From the NCBI GenBank assembly GCA_041690355.1, contig JAWLHK010000007.1:119122-183121 (forward strand): 64,000 bases of DNA, in the 5' to 3' direction. The DNA comes from a bacterium. GTDB lineage: Bacteria; J088; JAWLBW01. The notes below the pieces were generated by a model, which was given only the letters and a program-made list of their open reading frames with translations, did not search any database and was not told the DNA's origin. The position numbers and the translations under genes were made by a program. Positions 37,343-47,685 of this stretch are shown here, in pieces. How positions within the stretch are numbered: position 1 is the first letter of the stretch; the number at the start of each line of letters is the position of its first letter.

Positions 37343-38608
37343 TCAGCCGATGATATCGGCCCGCACGTAATCGCGCAGCGCGTGGGGAATGACGACCTGG
37401 CCGCGCTCGTTCTGGTAGTTCTCGAGGATGGCCACCAGCGTGCGCCCGACCGCAAGACCGCTGCCATTAAGGGTATGCACGAACTCGGGCTTCGCCCCCT
37501 TGTCGCGGCGGAAGCGGATGTTCGCGCGGCGCGCCTGGAAGTCTTCGAAGTTCGAGCAGCTGGAGATCTCCCGATACGTGTTCTGCGAGGGGAGCCAGAC
37601 CTCGAGGTCATACGTCTTGGCCGCGCTGAAACCGAGGTCGCCCGCGCACAGCGAGATGACGCGGTACGGAAGCTCGAGCAGCTGCAGGATGCGTTCGGCC
37701 TGGTGCGTGAGGCTTTCGAGCTCAGCCTCGGAGTCTTCGGGTCTCACGAATTTCACGAGCTCGACCTTGTCGAACTGGTGCTGGCGAATGATGCCGCGCG
37801 TGTCCTTGCCCGCCGCCCCCGCTTCGCTGCGGAAACAAGGCGTGTAGGCCGCGTAGCGAATCGGGAGCTGCTCGCCGTCGAGCATCTGGTCGCGATGGTA
37901 GTTCGTGACCGGCACCTCGGCCGTGGGCGCCAGATAGTAATCGCGCCCTTCGAGCTTGAAGAGATCTTCTTTGAACTTGGGCAGCTGGCCGGTGCCGAGC
38001 AGGCTGCGCTCGTGCACGATGAACGGCGGCCACATTTCCACATAGCCCGCGTCGGCGTGCTGATCCATCATGAAATTGATGAGCGCCCGCTCGAGCCGCG
38101 CGCCGAGCCCCTTGAGCACCGAAAAGCGCGCGCCCGTGATCTGCGCCGCCGCCTCGAGATCGAGAATTCCCAGCTTGATCCCGAGCTCGTCGTGCGCCTT
38201 GGGCGCGAAAGGGAACGAGGGAACGACTCCCCACTCCTTGAGCACCGGGTTGTCGTCTTCGCTCTTGCCCTCGGGCACGCTGGCGTGCGGGAGGTTCGGG
38301 ACGGTCAGGAGAAACTCGTCGAGCTTGCGATCGATTTCGTCGAGCTGCCCCTCGAGCCCCTTGATCCGATCGCCGAGCAGGCGCATCGATTCGATGGGGG
38401 CGTCGGCATTCTCGCCTTCGCGCTTCAGCCGGCCGATCTCGTCGCTGGCCTTGTTGCGCTCTGCCTTCAGGCTTTCGATCTGGCGGAGAAACTCGCGCCG
38501 CTGCTCCTCCTGCTCGAGGACGGGTGCGAAGTCGAACGTGATCCCCCGCCGGGCCAGCCCATGGCGCACGCGATCGGGATCTTCACGGAGCAGTCTGCGG
38601 TCAAGCAT
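37343..38608 (-). CDS. serS: Serine--tRNA ligase
   Basis: [29 protein letters not shown] and [13 protein letters not shown] motifs. Confidence 0.98.
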   Translation of the reverse strand: MLDRRLLREDPDRVRHGLARRGITFDFAPVLEQEEQRREFLRQIESLKAERNKASDEIGRLKREGENADAPIESMRLLGDRIKGLEGQLDEIDRKLDEFLLTVPNLPHASVPEGKSEDDNPVLKEWGVVPSFPFAPKAHDELGIKLGILDLEAAAQITGARFSVLKGLGARLERALINFMMDQHADAGYVEMWPPFIVHERSLLGTGQLPKFKEDLFKLEGRDYYLAPTAEVPVTNYHRDQMLDGEQLPIRYAAYTPCFRSEAGAAGKDTRGIIRQHQFDKVELVKFVRPEDSEAELESLTHQAERILQLLELPYRVISLCAGDLGFSAAKTYDLEVWLPSQNTYREISSCSNFEDFQARRANIRFRRDKGAKPEFVHTLNGSGLAVGRTLVAILENYQNERGQVVIPHALRDYVRADIIG

Positions 38609-38725
38609 CGGAAACCTGTGCGGAAAAGGAATCATTATAGAGAGTCGGGGGTCGAGAGTCGAGTCTCGAGGGCCGGAAACGATTCGCCTCCCGTCGAAAG
38701 TCCGTGGTCCGAAGCCCGGACAGAC

Positions 38726-39490
38726 TCAACCGCACGAGGTCTTTCCGAGTCCCTTCGCGGGGGCCGTGGCGACCCACGCGCTCCCCACCGCCCACGCCCG
38801 CCGATGCGCCGCCTCGATGAAATCGGCCGGGTATCGCCAGACGCTTCCGACCGGGCAGGCGAGCCGCGCGGCGCACGCCGTCTCGCAGGTTCCCGGATGC
38901 TCGACGCGGAAGCGGAAGGAGTGCGGATAATCGAGCCGCTCAACCCCTGCGGCATCCGCCCGGATGGCCCCCGCGGGACATGCCGCGCGGCACGGCGCCG
39001 CACAGGTCTCGCAGGGGGAATCTGCTACGCGCGGGCTCGCGCCCGTCACGCCCTGCGGGTCGTCGACCAGGAACAGCGCGCGAAAGGCGAACCACGGCCC
39101 GTACTCCGGGTGGATGAGAATCGTCAGCCGGCTCGGCGCCCCGCCCCCCAGCCGTTTCGCGATCCCGACGAAATCGAGCGGTTGTTCGTCGAAGGGAAAG
39201 CGAACGGCACGAAATCCGCCGTCGAGCAGACCCGCCAGGCGCCGGGCATTGCGCACCGTGAAGGTGTCGAGGGGATCTGCGTGCGCCGCGAGCTCCGAAT
39301 CGACTGCCCGCTGGCTCTGCATCCGCCGCCAGTACTCCCCACCCGGCTGTCCCACGAGCACCGCATGGGTAGATCCATCCGCGGCGTCAGGCAGCCCCGC
39401 GTCGGCGACCGTTCCCCAGACGCGATGGTGCAGACCGAGTCGATCGCACTCGGCGTTGAAGCGGAACCATGCAGCCTGCGTGAGCGCCAT
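38726..39490 (-). CDS. QueG/CblC-like 4Fe-4S protein
   Basis: DPLD, LIHPEYGPWFAFRA, CETCAAPCRAACP and CETACAARLACP motifs. Confidence 0.75.
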   Translation of the reverse strand: MALTQAAWFRFNAECDRLGLHHRVWGTVADAGLPDAADGSTHAVLVGQPGGEYWRRMQSQRAVDSELAAHADPLDTFTVRNARRLAGLLDGGFRAVRFPFDEQPLDFVGIAKRLGGGAPSRLTILIHPEYGPWFAFRALFLVDDPQGVTGASPRVADSPCETCAAPCRAACPAGAIRADAAGVERLDYPHSFRFRVEHPGTCETACAARLACPVGSVWRYPADFIEAAHRRAWAVGSAWVATAPAKGLGKTSCG

Positions 39491-39580
39491 TTCTAGAGCG
39501 TACCCCGTCTGCGCAGGCGGATGCCAGCACCGGGCCGCCGATTCCGCCCGTCGCCCCCCGTGTGCTAAAATATCGAACTT

Positions 39581-40312
39581 ATGGACATCGAGAATACCCT
39601 TGCCGGCGCCCCCGCTAATTCCGGGGGTCCGTTGCCGCCCGGCCTGCGCGTCAGCCTCACCGATGCGCAGGGAGCCACCCACCTGCTCACCCGCACTCCC
39701 TACGTCATCGGCCGCAAACACGGCGACCTGGTGGTCAACCACGGCACGGTTTCGGGAAAGCACGCGAGCATCGAACGCGGCGAGGCCAGTTTCGTGATCG
39801 TGGATCAGGGGAGCACGAACGGGACCTTCGTCAACAACGAACGCATCGTGCGCCGCGACATCGGCAACATGGACGAGCTGCGCTTCGGCGATGTCACCTT
39901 CACCTTCAACGTGGTCGAAGACCGCTACGGCATGCACGACACCCCCGCCGCCGCGCCCCAGGCCGACCCCAACGGCACGCTGATCATCGCCTCGGCCCCC
40001 AACGTCGCCGAAATTCCGGCCGGCAAGACGGTCATGCTCTTCGCCGAAACCGGCGGCGTCGAGCAGGTCATCCGCCTGACCAAGCGCATCACGACCGTGG
40101 GCCGCACCGAGGGAGAGGTGGTTCTTCCCGATCAGGCGCTCAGCCGCCGCCATTTCCAGATCGAATTCTATCCCGACGGTTTCGGCCTGAAGGACCTCGG
40201 CAGCGCCAACGGGACCCAGATCGACGGCCGTCCCGTCAGCTACACGCGTGTCGCCGCCGGCAAGGAGTTCACAGCGGGGCGCACCCGTTTCCGTCTCGAG
40301 ACCCGGGGATGA
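39581..40312 (+). CDS. Double FHA-domain protein
   Basis: Two GR...SxxH...DxGSxNGT units. Confidence 0.9.
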   Translation: MDIENTLAGAPANSGGPLPPGLRVSLTDAQGATHLLTRTPYVIGRKHGDLVVNHGTVSGKHASIERGEASFVIVDQGSTNGTFVNNERIVRRDIGNMDELRFGDVTFTFNVVEDRYGMHDTPAAAPQADPNGTLIIASAPNVAEIPAGKTVMLFAETGGVEQVIRLTKRITTVGRTEGEVVLPDQALSRRHFQIEFYPDGFGLKDLGSANGTQIDGRPVSYTRVAAGKEFTAGRTRFRLETRG

Positions 40313-41766
40313 CCATAGAACACAAACCATCTTTCGACCCCGCCCACTGGAAAGCCGCTGCCCTGCGCCTCGCGCCGGCCCTCGACTGGGCCCGCCGGTC
40401 GTGGAAGTGGCTCGCCGGCGCGCTTCTCGCCGCCATCGTCTTCGGCGCCTTTACCGACGACGTCATGAAATGGTGGTACAAGCCGAGCAAGAAGAAGAGC
40501 GGCGGCGGCATTTCAGGCTTTCTGCGCAGCCTGAATGAGCCCGACGGGCCGCCGAAGTGGAAATCGGCCACCGAAACCGCGCTCCCCATGCTCTGGTTCC
40601 TCTGCGGCGGCGTCGCTCTGTTCGGCCTCGCGCTGCACGTGCGCCCGGCGGCCGAGGCGGCCGAGTCGCTGGCCGCCGATGCCCGGCGCAAGGCCGATGA
40701 GGCCCTGCAGCAGAACCGGCTGCCCGACGCCCGTGCGCAGTACCAGGAATACATGCGGTGGACCTTGCGCGACCGGGATCTGATCCGCACGAAGGTGGCG
40801 CGGCTGAACGACCAGATCGCCCAGGACGCCATCGGCGCCTCGCGCGTGAACGCGCCCTCCGCGCCGGTCGATCGCACGCTGGTGACGAGCGCCGGAGCCA
40901 CGGCCGTGGGCGCCCTGCCCACGTCGCCGGACGGCACGGTCGTGATGCAGGCCCAGTCGAACCGCATCGGCCCCCAGGGGCGCTACGAACTCCGCAAGAT
41001 GCTCGGCAAGGGGGGCATGGGCGAGGTATACGAGGCCTGGGACGGGGATCTGGAACGCGTCATCGCGCTCAAGAAGCTCCCCCCGCACTTCGCCGCCGAC
41101 GCCCAGTTTCTCACCCGCTTCCAGCATGAGGCCAAGGCGCTCGCCCGCGTTTCGCACCCCTTCATCGTGCAGGTCTTCGACATCATCCGCGACCCGAGCG
41201 GCGTCTACCTGGCGCTCGAGTTCGTCTCCGGCGGCGACCTGCAGGGGCTCATCCAGCGGGAGGGGAAGCTGAACCCGGCGCGCACCCTCGAGCTCGCGCG
41301 GAAAATGGCCGAAGGGCTCGCCTTCGCGCACGACAAGGGGATCGTGCACCGCGACATCAAGCCGCTGAACATCCTCCTGACCGAAGACGGGCAGCCGAAG
41401 CTCACCGACTTCGGGCTCGCCAAGATGGAGAGCGCCACGCAGCTCACCATGGACGGCGCGATCCTCGGTTCCCCCCACTACATGAGCCCCGAGCAGGTCA
41501 ACGGCAAGCCGGCCGACGCGCGCAGCGACATCTACGCGTTCGGCATCATGCTCTTCGTCATGCTCGCCGGCGAAACCCCGTACCAGGGGGATACGGGTCA
41601 GGTGCTCGCGCAGCACCTCACCCAGCGCGTGCGCAGTCTCCCCGACGTTCTCCCGGCCCTCGACGCAATCGTGCAGCGGTGCACCGAGCGTGAAGCCGAT
41701 GCGCGGTATGCCGATGGACGGGAACTGCTCGCGGCCTTGAACGGCGTGAGCGGGGCTCAGTCTTAA
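40309..41766 (+). CDS. Membrane-anchored Ser/Thr protein kinase
   Basis: Two N-terminal TM helices; GKGGMGEV, HRDIKPLN, DFG and YMSPEQ motifs. Confidence 0.95.
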   Translation: MTIEHKPSFDPAHWKAAALRLAPALDWARRSWKWLAGALLAAIVFGAFTDDVMKWWYKPSKKKSGGGISGFLRSLNEPDGPPKWKSATETALPMLWFLCGGVALFGLALHVRPAAEAAESLAADARRKADEALQQNRLPDARAQYQEYMRWTLRDRDLIRTKVARLNDQIAQDAIGASRVNAPSAPVDRTLVTSAGATAVGALPTSPDGTVVMQAQSNRIGPQGRYELRKMLGKGGMGEVYEAWDGDLERVIALKKLPPHFAADAQFLTRFQHEAKALARVSHPFIVQVFDIIRDPSGVYLALEFVSGGDLQGLIQREGKLNPARTLELARKMAEGLAFAHDKGIVHRDIKPLNILLTEDGQPKLTDFGLAKMESATQLTMDGAILGSPHYMSPEQVNGKPADARSDIYAFGIMLFVMLAGETPYQGDTGQVLAQHLTQRVRSLPDVLPALDAIVQRCTEREADARYADGRELLAALNGVSGAQS

Positions 41767-41794
41767 AAGGAAGGGCGTGGGAATCCCACGCCCT
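41765..41794 (-). terminator. Terminator hairpin between convergent genes
   Basis: AGGGCGTGGG-aat-CCCACGCCCT, followed by TCCTTTT on the minus strand. Confidence 0.65.
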
Positions 41795-41814
41795 GGAAGC
41801 CGGTTACGTTCTGA

Positions 41815-44199
41815 TCAAGGGGTGCCGAACTGGGCGACGTACCCCTGGTAGTATCCGCTGACAATCTCGTCCTCTCCGGGCTCGCCCACGCCGAATTTCA
41901 TCGGCGTGGCCGCCCCCGCATGCCCGACCACGACCAGGCGGCCGTTGGTCAGATGCGCGATGCCGTAGCCCCTGTCGTTATCGACATCGACGCCGAAGTT
42001 GGTGGCGAATTCGAGCGTCCCGTCCGCCGCCTGATATCCGGCGAGAAACGCGTCACGCGCCGCCGGGAATAACTGGGTCTGCAGCGAACCGCCGGGATCG
42101 AAGACGGCTCCCGGTGAGATCCACCCGGTCGCGAAGACCGACGCGCCATTCCGCGAGAACTTGACCCCGAGGCCGTTATCGGTCTGGTTGCTGCCGATCT
42201 TCTCGGCCCACCGCAGGCTGCCGTCGCTTTCGTAGATGGCCACATAAGCATCCGTTTGGCCGGATGAAACGAGGGTCGTCTGGTTCGGCTCGCCGGCGCC
42301 GAGCGTCATGGAACCGTAGAAGTAGCCGCTCGCCGCCACCGCGCCCTCCCCGTCCATGTCCAGGCCGCCCAGAATCGAGTGGTTGATGGACGGCCGCAGC
42401 TGTCGCGTCCAAGCAAGAGAACCGTCGGGATTAAGCCGCACGAGCCACGTGTAGCGAACCGAACCCGACAGCGTCGCCGCGTCGGAGTACCCCGGTCGAA
42501 CCGTGACGTCGCCGCCGTTCACCACATCGCCGCCCGCCACGACCTCATTGTCTGCGCCGGCCGCGAGCCCCATCAGATACAACCCATTGAGCGCCGTGAC
42601 GTGCTGCACCCAGGTGAAGTCGCCGGTATCGGTAAACCGGGCAATGTAGGCATCTCGCTGCTGTGATCCCGTTCCCTGCGCGTAGAGAATTGTCTCGTCG
42701 ATTTCACCGGCCGAAAACGTCACGGCAATCGAAAACGTGCCGCCCGCGAACACGGTGCCCGCGGCCCCGAAGGCGACCCCGCCGACCGTGTCGGCTCCGC
42801 TTCCTCCCCAGTTGTTGACCCACTGCAGCTGGCCGGCGCTGTCGTACAGCGCCAGAAAGGCGTCGGTGCCGCCCGCCGTGGCGATGACCTGCGGGGTGCC
42901 GGTCTCTTCGCCGATGGTCAGGGTACCCGTAATCGATCCGCCCACGAGAATGTCCCCGCTCGCCGACACCGTAACCGAGGACGCGTAGGCGCCCAGAATC
43001 CTGCGGACCCACAGCAGCCCGCTCGAAGCGTCGAACCGAGCGAGAAACGCGCTTTCGCCTCCCGGTGCGTCTAGAGTGGGCGCGGGATCGTTGGGGTCGA
43101 GATGCAGGGCCGAATTGTAGCGACCGAGCATGACATAGCCGTCGCCGATCGGCTCCACATCGAAGGCGTAGTTGGCCATCGCGCCAGTCGCAGATGTCAC
43201 CGGATGCGCCGAGCGGAACATGGCCTGCGGAGAAGTATTCCGCCAGCTGGAGACGGCGGGGGTGTCGTCGAAATTCCCCGCGGCGTCGATCGCCCGCGCG
43301 TAGAGCCGGTTCGTCTTCGGAAGCAGATCGGTCAGGGTGGTCTCGCTCTCGCAGGACCACCAGGTCGCCTGATCGAAAGAGCATTCGAAGGTGGCCGGGC
43401 TGCCGTCGGCCGTCGCAATGGCGAGGGTGACCGAGGTATCGCTCGTCACCGCCCAGCGCGGGCCCGTGATGACCGTATCCGGCGGCGTGAAATCGATCGT
43501 CCAGACCGTTTCGGCCACCGCAGAAGGATTTCCCGCGGCGTCGGTAGCACGCACTTGGAGTGAATGCTCGATCTCGGTGGCGACGGTCACGAACAGCGGC
43601 GACTCGCAGGAACTGAATGCGGCGTCGTCCAGGCTGCACTCGACCGGTCCCGCCTCACTGACCGTCCACTCGAGGCGGAACTCGGTGGCGCTGGTCACGG
43701 CAGGGGGCGCGGCGACCCAGCTGACCACCGGGGGAGTCGCATCGAGGGTCCACGTCCACTCGGCCGACGCCTCCCGATCATAGGTGTCGGTGACCCGCAC
43801 GGCCGCCTTGTGCTCGCCGTCGCCATTCACCGTGGTCGACCAGGGGGATGCGCATTCTTCCCATTCGCCGTCATCGACCGAGCACTCGGATACCACCTCG
43901 AACACCGAATCGACCGTGAAAGTGAGGGTTACCGTACCCGCGTTCGTGAGCTCGGCCGGTCCCGCATCAATGGTTACAGCGGGAACCGGCGGGGCGTCGG
44001 CCGGGTCTTCGGGATCGCTGCCGGCCGCCAGCTCGTCGTCATCGGTGAACCCGTCACCATCCGTGTCGACCGGTTCGTCGCCGGTATCCGTGTCATCGTC
44101 GTCGTTGTCTGTCGTCACCGACCGGGGTTCGGGAGCGTCAGCGTCACAAGCAGCGAGCGCCACCGCGAGGGCGAGCAGAAAGGGAGAAAACCGAGCCAT
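41815..44199 (-). CDS. Surface lipoprotein with three Ig-like repeats and a beta-propeller (SBBP-like)
   Basis: LAAC lipobox; DTDGDGFTDDDE Ca-binding-like motif; three ECSxD...CxSP...VRAxDAAGN repeats; DAFLAxYDxxGxLxW blades; GGAGGT RBS. Confidence 0.82.
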   Translation of the reverse strand: MARFSPFLLALAVALAACDADAPEPRSVTTDNDDDDTDTGDEPVDTDGDGFTDDDELAAGSDPEDPADAPPVPAVTIDAGPAELTNAGTVTLTFTVDSVFEVVSECSVDDGEWEECASPWSTTVNGDGEHKAAVRVTDTYDREASAEWTWTLDATPPVVSWVAAPPAVTSATEFRLEWTVSEAGPVECSLDDAAFSSCESPLFVTVATEIEHSLQVRATDAAGNPSAVAETVWTIDFTPPDTVITGPRWAVTSDTSVTLAIATADGSPATFECSFDQATWWSCESETTLTDLLPKTNRLYARAIDAAGNFDDTPAVSSWRNTSPQAMFRSAHPVTSATGAMANYAFDVEPIGDGYVMLGRYNSALHLDPNDPAPTLDAPGGESAFLARFDASSGLLWVRRILGAYASSVTVSASGDILVGGSITGTLTIGEETGTPQVIATAGGTDAFLALYDSAGQLQWVNNWGGSGADTVGGVAFGAAGTVFAGGTFSIAVTFSAGEIDETILYAQGTGSQQRDAYIARFTDTGDFTWVQHVTALNGLYLMGLAAGADNEVVAGGDVVNGGDVTVRPGYSDAATLSGSVRYTWLVRLNPDGSLAWTRQLRPSINHSILGGLDMDGEGAVAASGYFYGSMTLGAGEPNQTTLVSSGQTDAYVAIYESDGSLRWAEKIGSNQTDNGLGVKFSRNGASVFATGWISPGAVFDPGGSLQTQLFPAARDAFLAGYQAADGTLEFATNFGVDVDNDRGYGIAHLTNGRLVVVGHAGAATPMKFGVGEPGEDEIVSGYYQGYVAQFGTP

Positions 44200-44380
44200 G
44201 GACCACCTCCGTCGCAAGAGGAAAAGGATGCTCCGGGGGAGGATCGAGGGAGAGAGAACCGTGGAGCAGACGTTTACCCTATAACACAGCGGGAAAGCCG
44301 AGCGCAATTCCGGCCGGTGCCGGCTCGCGATCGATCCGCATCGCTGCACATCACTTCACACGGTTTCTCGTCGGTCCTCC

Positions 44381-44435
44381 ATGATGTACCATGATGCACC
44401 GCGATGCACCGCGATGCACTGCGATGCACCGCGCA
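44381..44435. repeat. Tandem 10-mer repeat (GATGCACCGC consensus, 5 units)
   Basis: atgatgtacc atgatgcacc gcgatgcacc gcgatgcact gcgatgcacc. Confidence 0.75.
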
Positions 44436-44514
44436 TGGCGCCGGCCGGGGCCATTTTTGCGCCCCCTGCGTAGTCAAGCGCTGCGGGCTCCGGTAAACTG
44501 CCATTACCGGACGC

Positions 44515-45423
44515 ATGCTGAACCACGACCTTCTTCGAACCCTGATGACCACCGAGGCCTCGGCCGGCGACGAAGACCGGCTGGCCCTTTTTCTTCTCGA
44601 GTGGCTCGCCGACAACGCGCGCGGCGTCTCCTGCCGCCGCGTCGGGAACACGGTTGTGGCCATGCGTGGTCGCCCGCGGGTTGCCGTGTTCGCCCACATC
44701 GACTCGGTCGGCTTCACGCTCGACTTCGACCATACGCTCATCCCCATCGGCGGCCCCGATCCGGAGGATGGAACCCCCCTGCGCACAACCGTAGGGGGCA
44801 CCACCTGGCGCGGAATCCTGCGCGCCGCCGGAGGGGCACGACGCCCCCGCTACCGTCTCGAAGGAGAAGGCCCGCCGGGGAGCGCCTGGATCTATGACAC
44901 CGAGCCGGCGCTCGACGAACAGACGCTGCGCGGCGCGTACCTCGACAATCGCGTCGGCGTGCTCACCGGGCTGCACCTGCTCGAGCGTCTCGAGGATGTC
45001 TGCGTCGCCTTCACGGCCGCCGAGGAGATCTCGGGACGCGGCGCGCTCGACGCGGCCCGCTGGCTCTACGAAGAGACCGCCATCCGTCAGGCCTTGATCG
45101 CCGATATCACCTGGGCGACCGAATCGGTGATCGCCGGCAAGGGTCCGGCGCTTTCGCTGCGCGACGCCTTCATCCCGCGCACGGCCTGGTTCCGCCGCCT
45201 TCGCGAGCTCGCCGAATCGTCCGGGACGCCCTTTCAGATCGAGATTCAGTCTTCCGGATCCTCCGACGGCGGCATGCTCGAACGTTCGGGGTTCGGGTTC
45301 GACTGGCTCTTCGTCGGCGCTCCGGAACACGGCTATCACAGCGCGCACGAAGAGCTGCAGACGCAAGACGCCGTCGGCATGCTGCGGCTGTTCGAGTTTC
45401 TCGTCAACGGACTCAACGCATAG
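44515..45423 (+). CDS. M42/M20-type metallopeptidase
   Basis: AHIDSVG, YLDNRVG, AEE, IADIT, SDGG and YHSAHE motifs. Confidence 0.85.
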   Translation: MLNHDLLRTLMTTEASAGDEDRLALFLLEWLADNARGVSCRRVGNTVVAMRGRPRVAVFAHIDSVGFTLDFDHTLIPIGGPDPEDGTPLRTTVGGTTWRGILRAAGGARRPRYRLEGEGPPGSAWIYDTEPALDEQTLRGAYLDNRVGVLTGLHLLERLEDVCVAFTAAEEISGRGALDAARWLYEETAIRQALIADITWATESVIAGKGPALSLRDAFIPRTAWFRRLRELAESSGTPFQIEIQSSGSSDGGMLERSGFGFDWLFVGAPEHGYHSAHEELQTQDAVGMLRLFEFLVNGLNA

Positions 45424-45432
45424 GAGGCCCTC

Positions 45433-46056
45433 ATGGCTGAATCCCGCCTGTTGAAGCTGGTGCGCGTTGCCCGCCGTCTCGTGACGGCGACCCGCAGCTC
45501 CCTGCGCGAGCGAGCCCTGATTCGCGCGCAGCGCCGGGAGATGCCCGTGCGCCACGAAGTCGTAACCGAGCCGGCAGACCGCAAACGCAGAAAGGGCCAT
45601 GGCGCCGGGGCCCCGGCCGAAACGTCTGCGATCCAGGCCCCGCCGCGCCCCACCCGCCGCAAGCGCGCTCGGGCGACGACGACCGGCTCCATTGCCGGCG
45701 AGCCCGCGGCGAAACAGCGGCAATCGGGCCGCATCCGCGGCCGTACCGATCACGGCGTCGAGCAGGAACCGGCCCTCCCTCCGCAGCCGCCGTCTCTTCT
45801 CGATTCGGCCGAAAAAGCGACTCGCCGGAAGCCCCGGCGCGCAGAAGCGGCCGAACCGAAACGCGGCGGGAAGATGGCGGCTCGCGAAGCGACCCCCGGG
45901 TCGGAGTCCAAGGGCGCGACCGCGCGGAAACGGGGGGAACTTGAAGGGGGCGGAATTTCGAGCCAGCGCAAGCGGCGCGACGCGCACGCGGGCGAAACCA
46001 AGCCGCAGCAGGTGCGCTCCGACGCCGATAAGCGCGCGACCCGCAAGACGCGCTGA
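45433..46056 (+). CDS. Basic, probably disordered hypothetical protein
   Basis: AGGAGG RBS right after the peptidase stop; Arg/Lys/Ala-rich; fills the gap to the NUDIX gene. Confidence 0.6.
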   Translation: MAESRLLKLVRVARRLVTATRSSLRERALIRAQRREMPVRHEVVTEPADRKRRKGHGAGAPAETSAIQAPPRPTRRKRARATTTGSIAGEPAAKQRQSGRIRGRTDHGVEQEPALPPQPPSLLDSAEKATRRKPRRAEAAEPKRGGKMAAREATPGSESKGATARKRGELEGGGISSQRKRRDAHAGETKPQQVRSDADKRATRKTR

Positions 46057-46138
46057 GCGGCCGGTTCCGTCTTCCGTCTGCGGCCGTGCTTTTCGGGCTG
46101 TCCCGGTTCCCGTGCGGGCCTGCGGGCGGACCCCCGTG

Positions 46139-46618
46139 TTATCGGGCGTTCGTCGGAGACGCAGCCGACGTGGCCGCCGGCGTCGAACGGGCGCGCAGGA
46201 CCTCGGCCGCCTTCGCGAGCACCGACCGCTCGTTGGGGAACCCGAGCAGCTTGAGGGCCTGCTCGAGGGGGAACCAGCGGGCCTCGTCGACCTCGCCGTC
46301 GTGGTCGTCGGTGATGCCGCGCTCGTAACGGAGCAGAAAGTGGTGGACGAACTTGTGCCGCCGCTCGGGGCGGGGGCCGAACTTCCACAGATACCAGAAG
46401 TCGATGCGGGCCAGCGGCTGCTCTACCTCGCCGAGCAGCCCGGTTTCTTCGCGTACCTCGCGGCACGCCGCCTGCTCGTTCGTCTCGCCCGGCTCGACCC
46501 AGCCCTTGGGGAGCTGCCACCGATGTTTTCCGCGGGCGGTGATCAGGCACACCTCATAGGCGCCCGGTCCGGTTTCCCGGTAGATAACCCCCCCTGCTGA
46601 AACTTCGGTTCTGGCCAT
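46139..46618 (-). CDS. NUDIX hydrolase
   Basis: LPKGWVEPGETNEQAACREVREETG Nudix box; SAGGV. Confidence 0.92.
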   Translation of the reverse strand: MARTEVSAGGVIYRETGPGAYEVCLITARGKHRWQLPKGWVEPGETNEQAACREVREETGLLGEVEQPLARIDFWYLWKFGPRPERRHKFVHHFLLRYERGITDDHDGEVDEARWFPLEQALKLLGFPNERSVLAKAAEVLRARSTPAATSAASPTNAR

Positions 46619-46706
46619 CGAATTGCCCGCTCCTTTATTCTACCCCGATGAAACCGTACCATGCATGATGCCATGACCCAAGTTTTCCCGTTCTGCCCCT
46701 TCTGCC

Positions 46707-47651
46707 ATGTCTGCTGACTCGTTCTCGCGGCCGGTCACCTACCGGGCCGCCGTACCCGAAGCCCTCGCCGGCATGCGCATCGACCAGGCGCTCGCGCAAC
46801 TGATCCCCGCGCTCAGCCGGCGCCGGCTGCGCGACATCCTCGTGCGCGGCGGCGTCTGGGAGGGTACCCGGCGCCTCCGATCGCAGAGCTCCGCCGTCCA
46901 GGCAGGGAGCGAGCTCATCGTCATTCACCCGCCCGAGTTCATCTACCCGATCGTCGAGATCGCCGAGGAGGACGTTCTCTGGGAAGACGAGTGGTTCGTC
47001 GCGCTGCGCAAGCAGGCCGGCTGGTACGTGCAGCCGACCCCGTGGGACCTGTTCGGCAACCTCGAGCACGCCGCCGGCGAATTCCTGCGCAGACGCATGG
47101 GAAAACCGGTGCCCCTGCACCTGACCCACCGGCTCGATCGCGATACGTCGGGAGTGATCGTTCTCGCCCGCAACCCGAAGGTCAACGCCCCGATGCAGCG
47201 TCTGTGGTCGGCGGGCGGCGTGCAGAAGCGCTACCGGGCGCTGTTCCTGGGCGAACCGCCCGAGCGGTGGGAGTCGCAGGAGCCGCTCGGCCCCGGCCCG
47301 AACGCGCGCCACCGGGTCGATCACGAACGCGGACGCGCGGCGCATACGCGCTTCGTCACCCTGCTGCGCGGGGACGGGGCCGCCGAGATCCAGGCCGAGC
47401 CGCTCACGGGGCGCACCCACCAGATCCGCATCCACGCGGCGCACACCGGCCACCCGCTGCTGGGCGACGTCCGCTACGGCGGACCCGACCTTCTGGATGG
47501 AATGCCGGTGCCCCGCGTCATGCTCCACGCCGCCTCACTGCAGTTCACGCATCCCATGACGGGCGCCCCCGTCGTGCTCGAAACCGAGCCGCCCGAGGAT
47601 TATCAGGCCGTGCGCCGGGTTGTCGCCGGAGGGGACCGGCCGGTATCATGA
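46707..47651 (+). CDS. RluA-family pseudouridine synthase with S4-like N-terminus
   Basis: HRLDRDTSG, TGRTHQIRIH, GHPLLGDVRYG and MLHA motifs. Confidence 0.93.
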   Translation: MSADSFSRPVTYRAAVPEALAGMRIDQALAQLIPALSRRRLRDILVRGGVWEGTRRLRSQSSAVQAGSELIVIHPPEFIYPIVEIAEEDVLWEDEWFVALRKQAGWYVQPTPWDLFGNLEHAAGEFLRRRMGKPVPLHLTHRLDRDTSGVIVLARNPKVNAPMQRLWSAGGVQKRYRALFLGEPPERWESQEPLGPGPNARHRVDHERGRAAHTRFVTLLRGDGAAEIQAEPLTGRTHQIRIHAAHTGHPLLGDVRYGGPDLLDGMPVPRVMLHAASLQFTHPMTGAPVVLETEPPEDYQAVRRVVAGGDRPVS

Positions 47652-47685
47652 CGGAATTCCTGATGCTGCTTTCTCCGGGGGGAAC

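Noticed and set aside
37067-39496. 809-aa plus-strand ORF and similar long antisense ORFs (e.g. 8414-10081, 12438-14168, 18060-19700, 61517-62977)
   Set aside because: Shadow frames opposite well-supported genes and tRNAs, expected in high-GC DNA.
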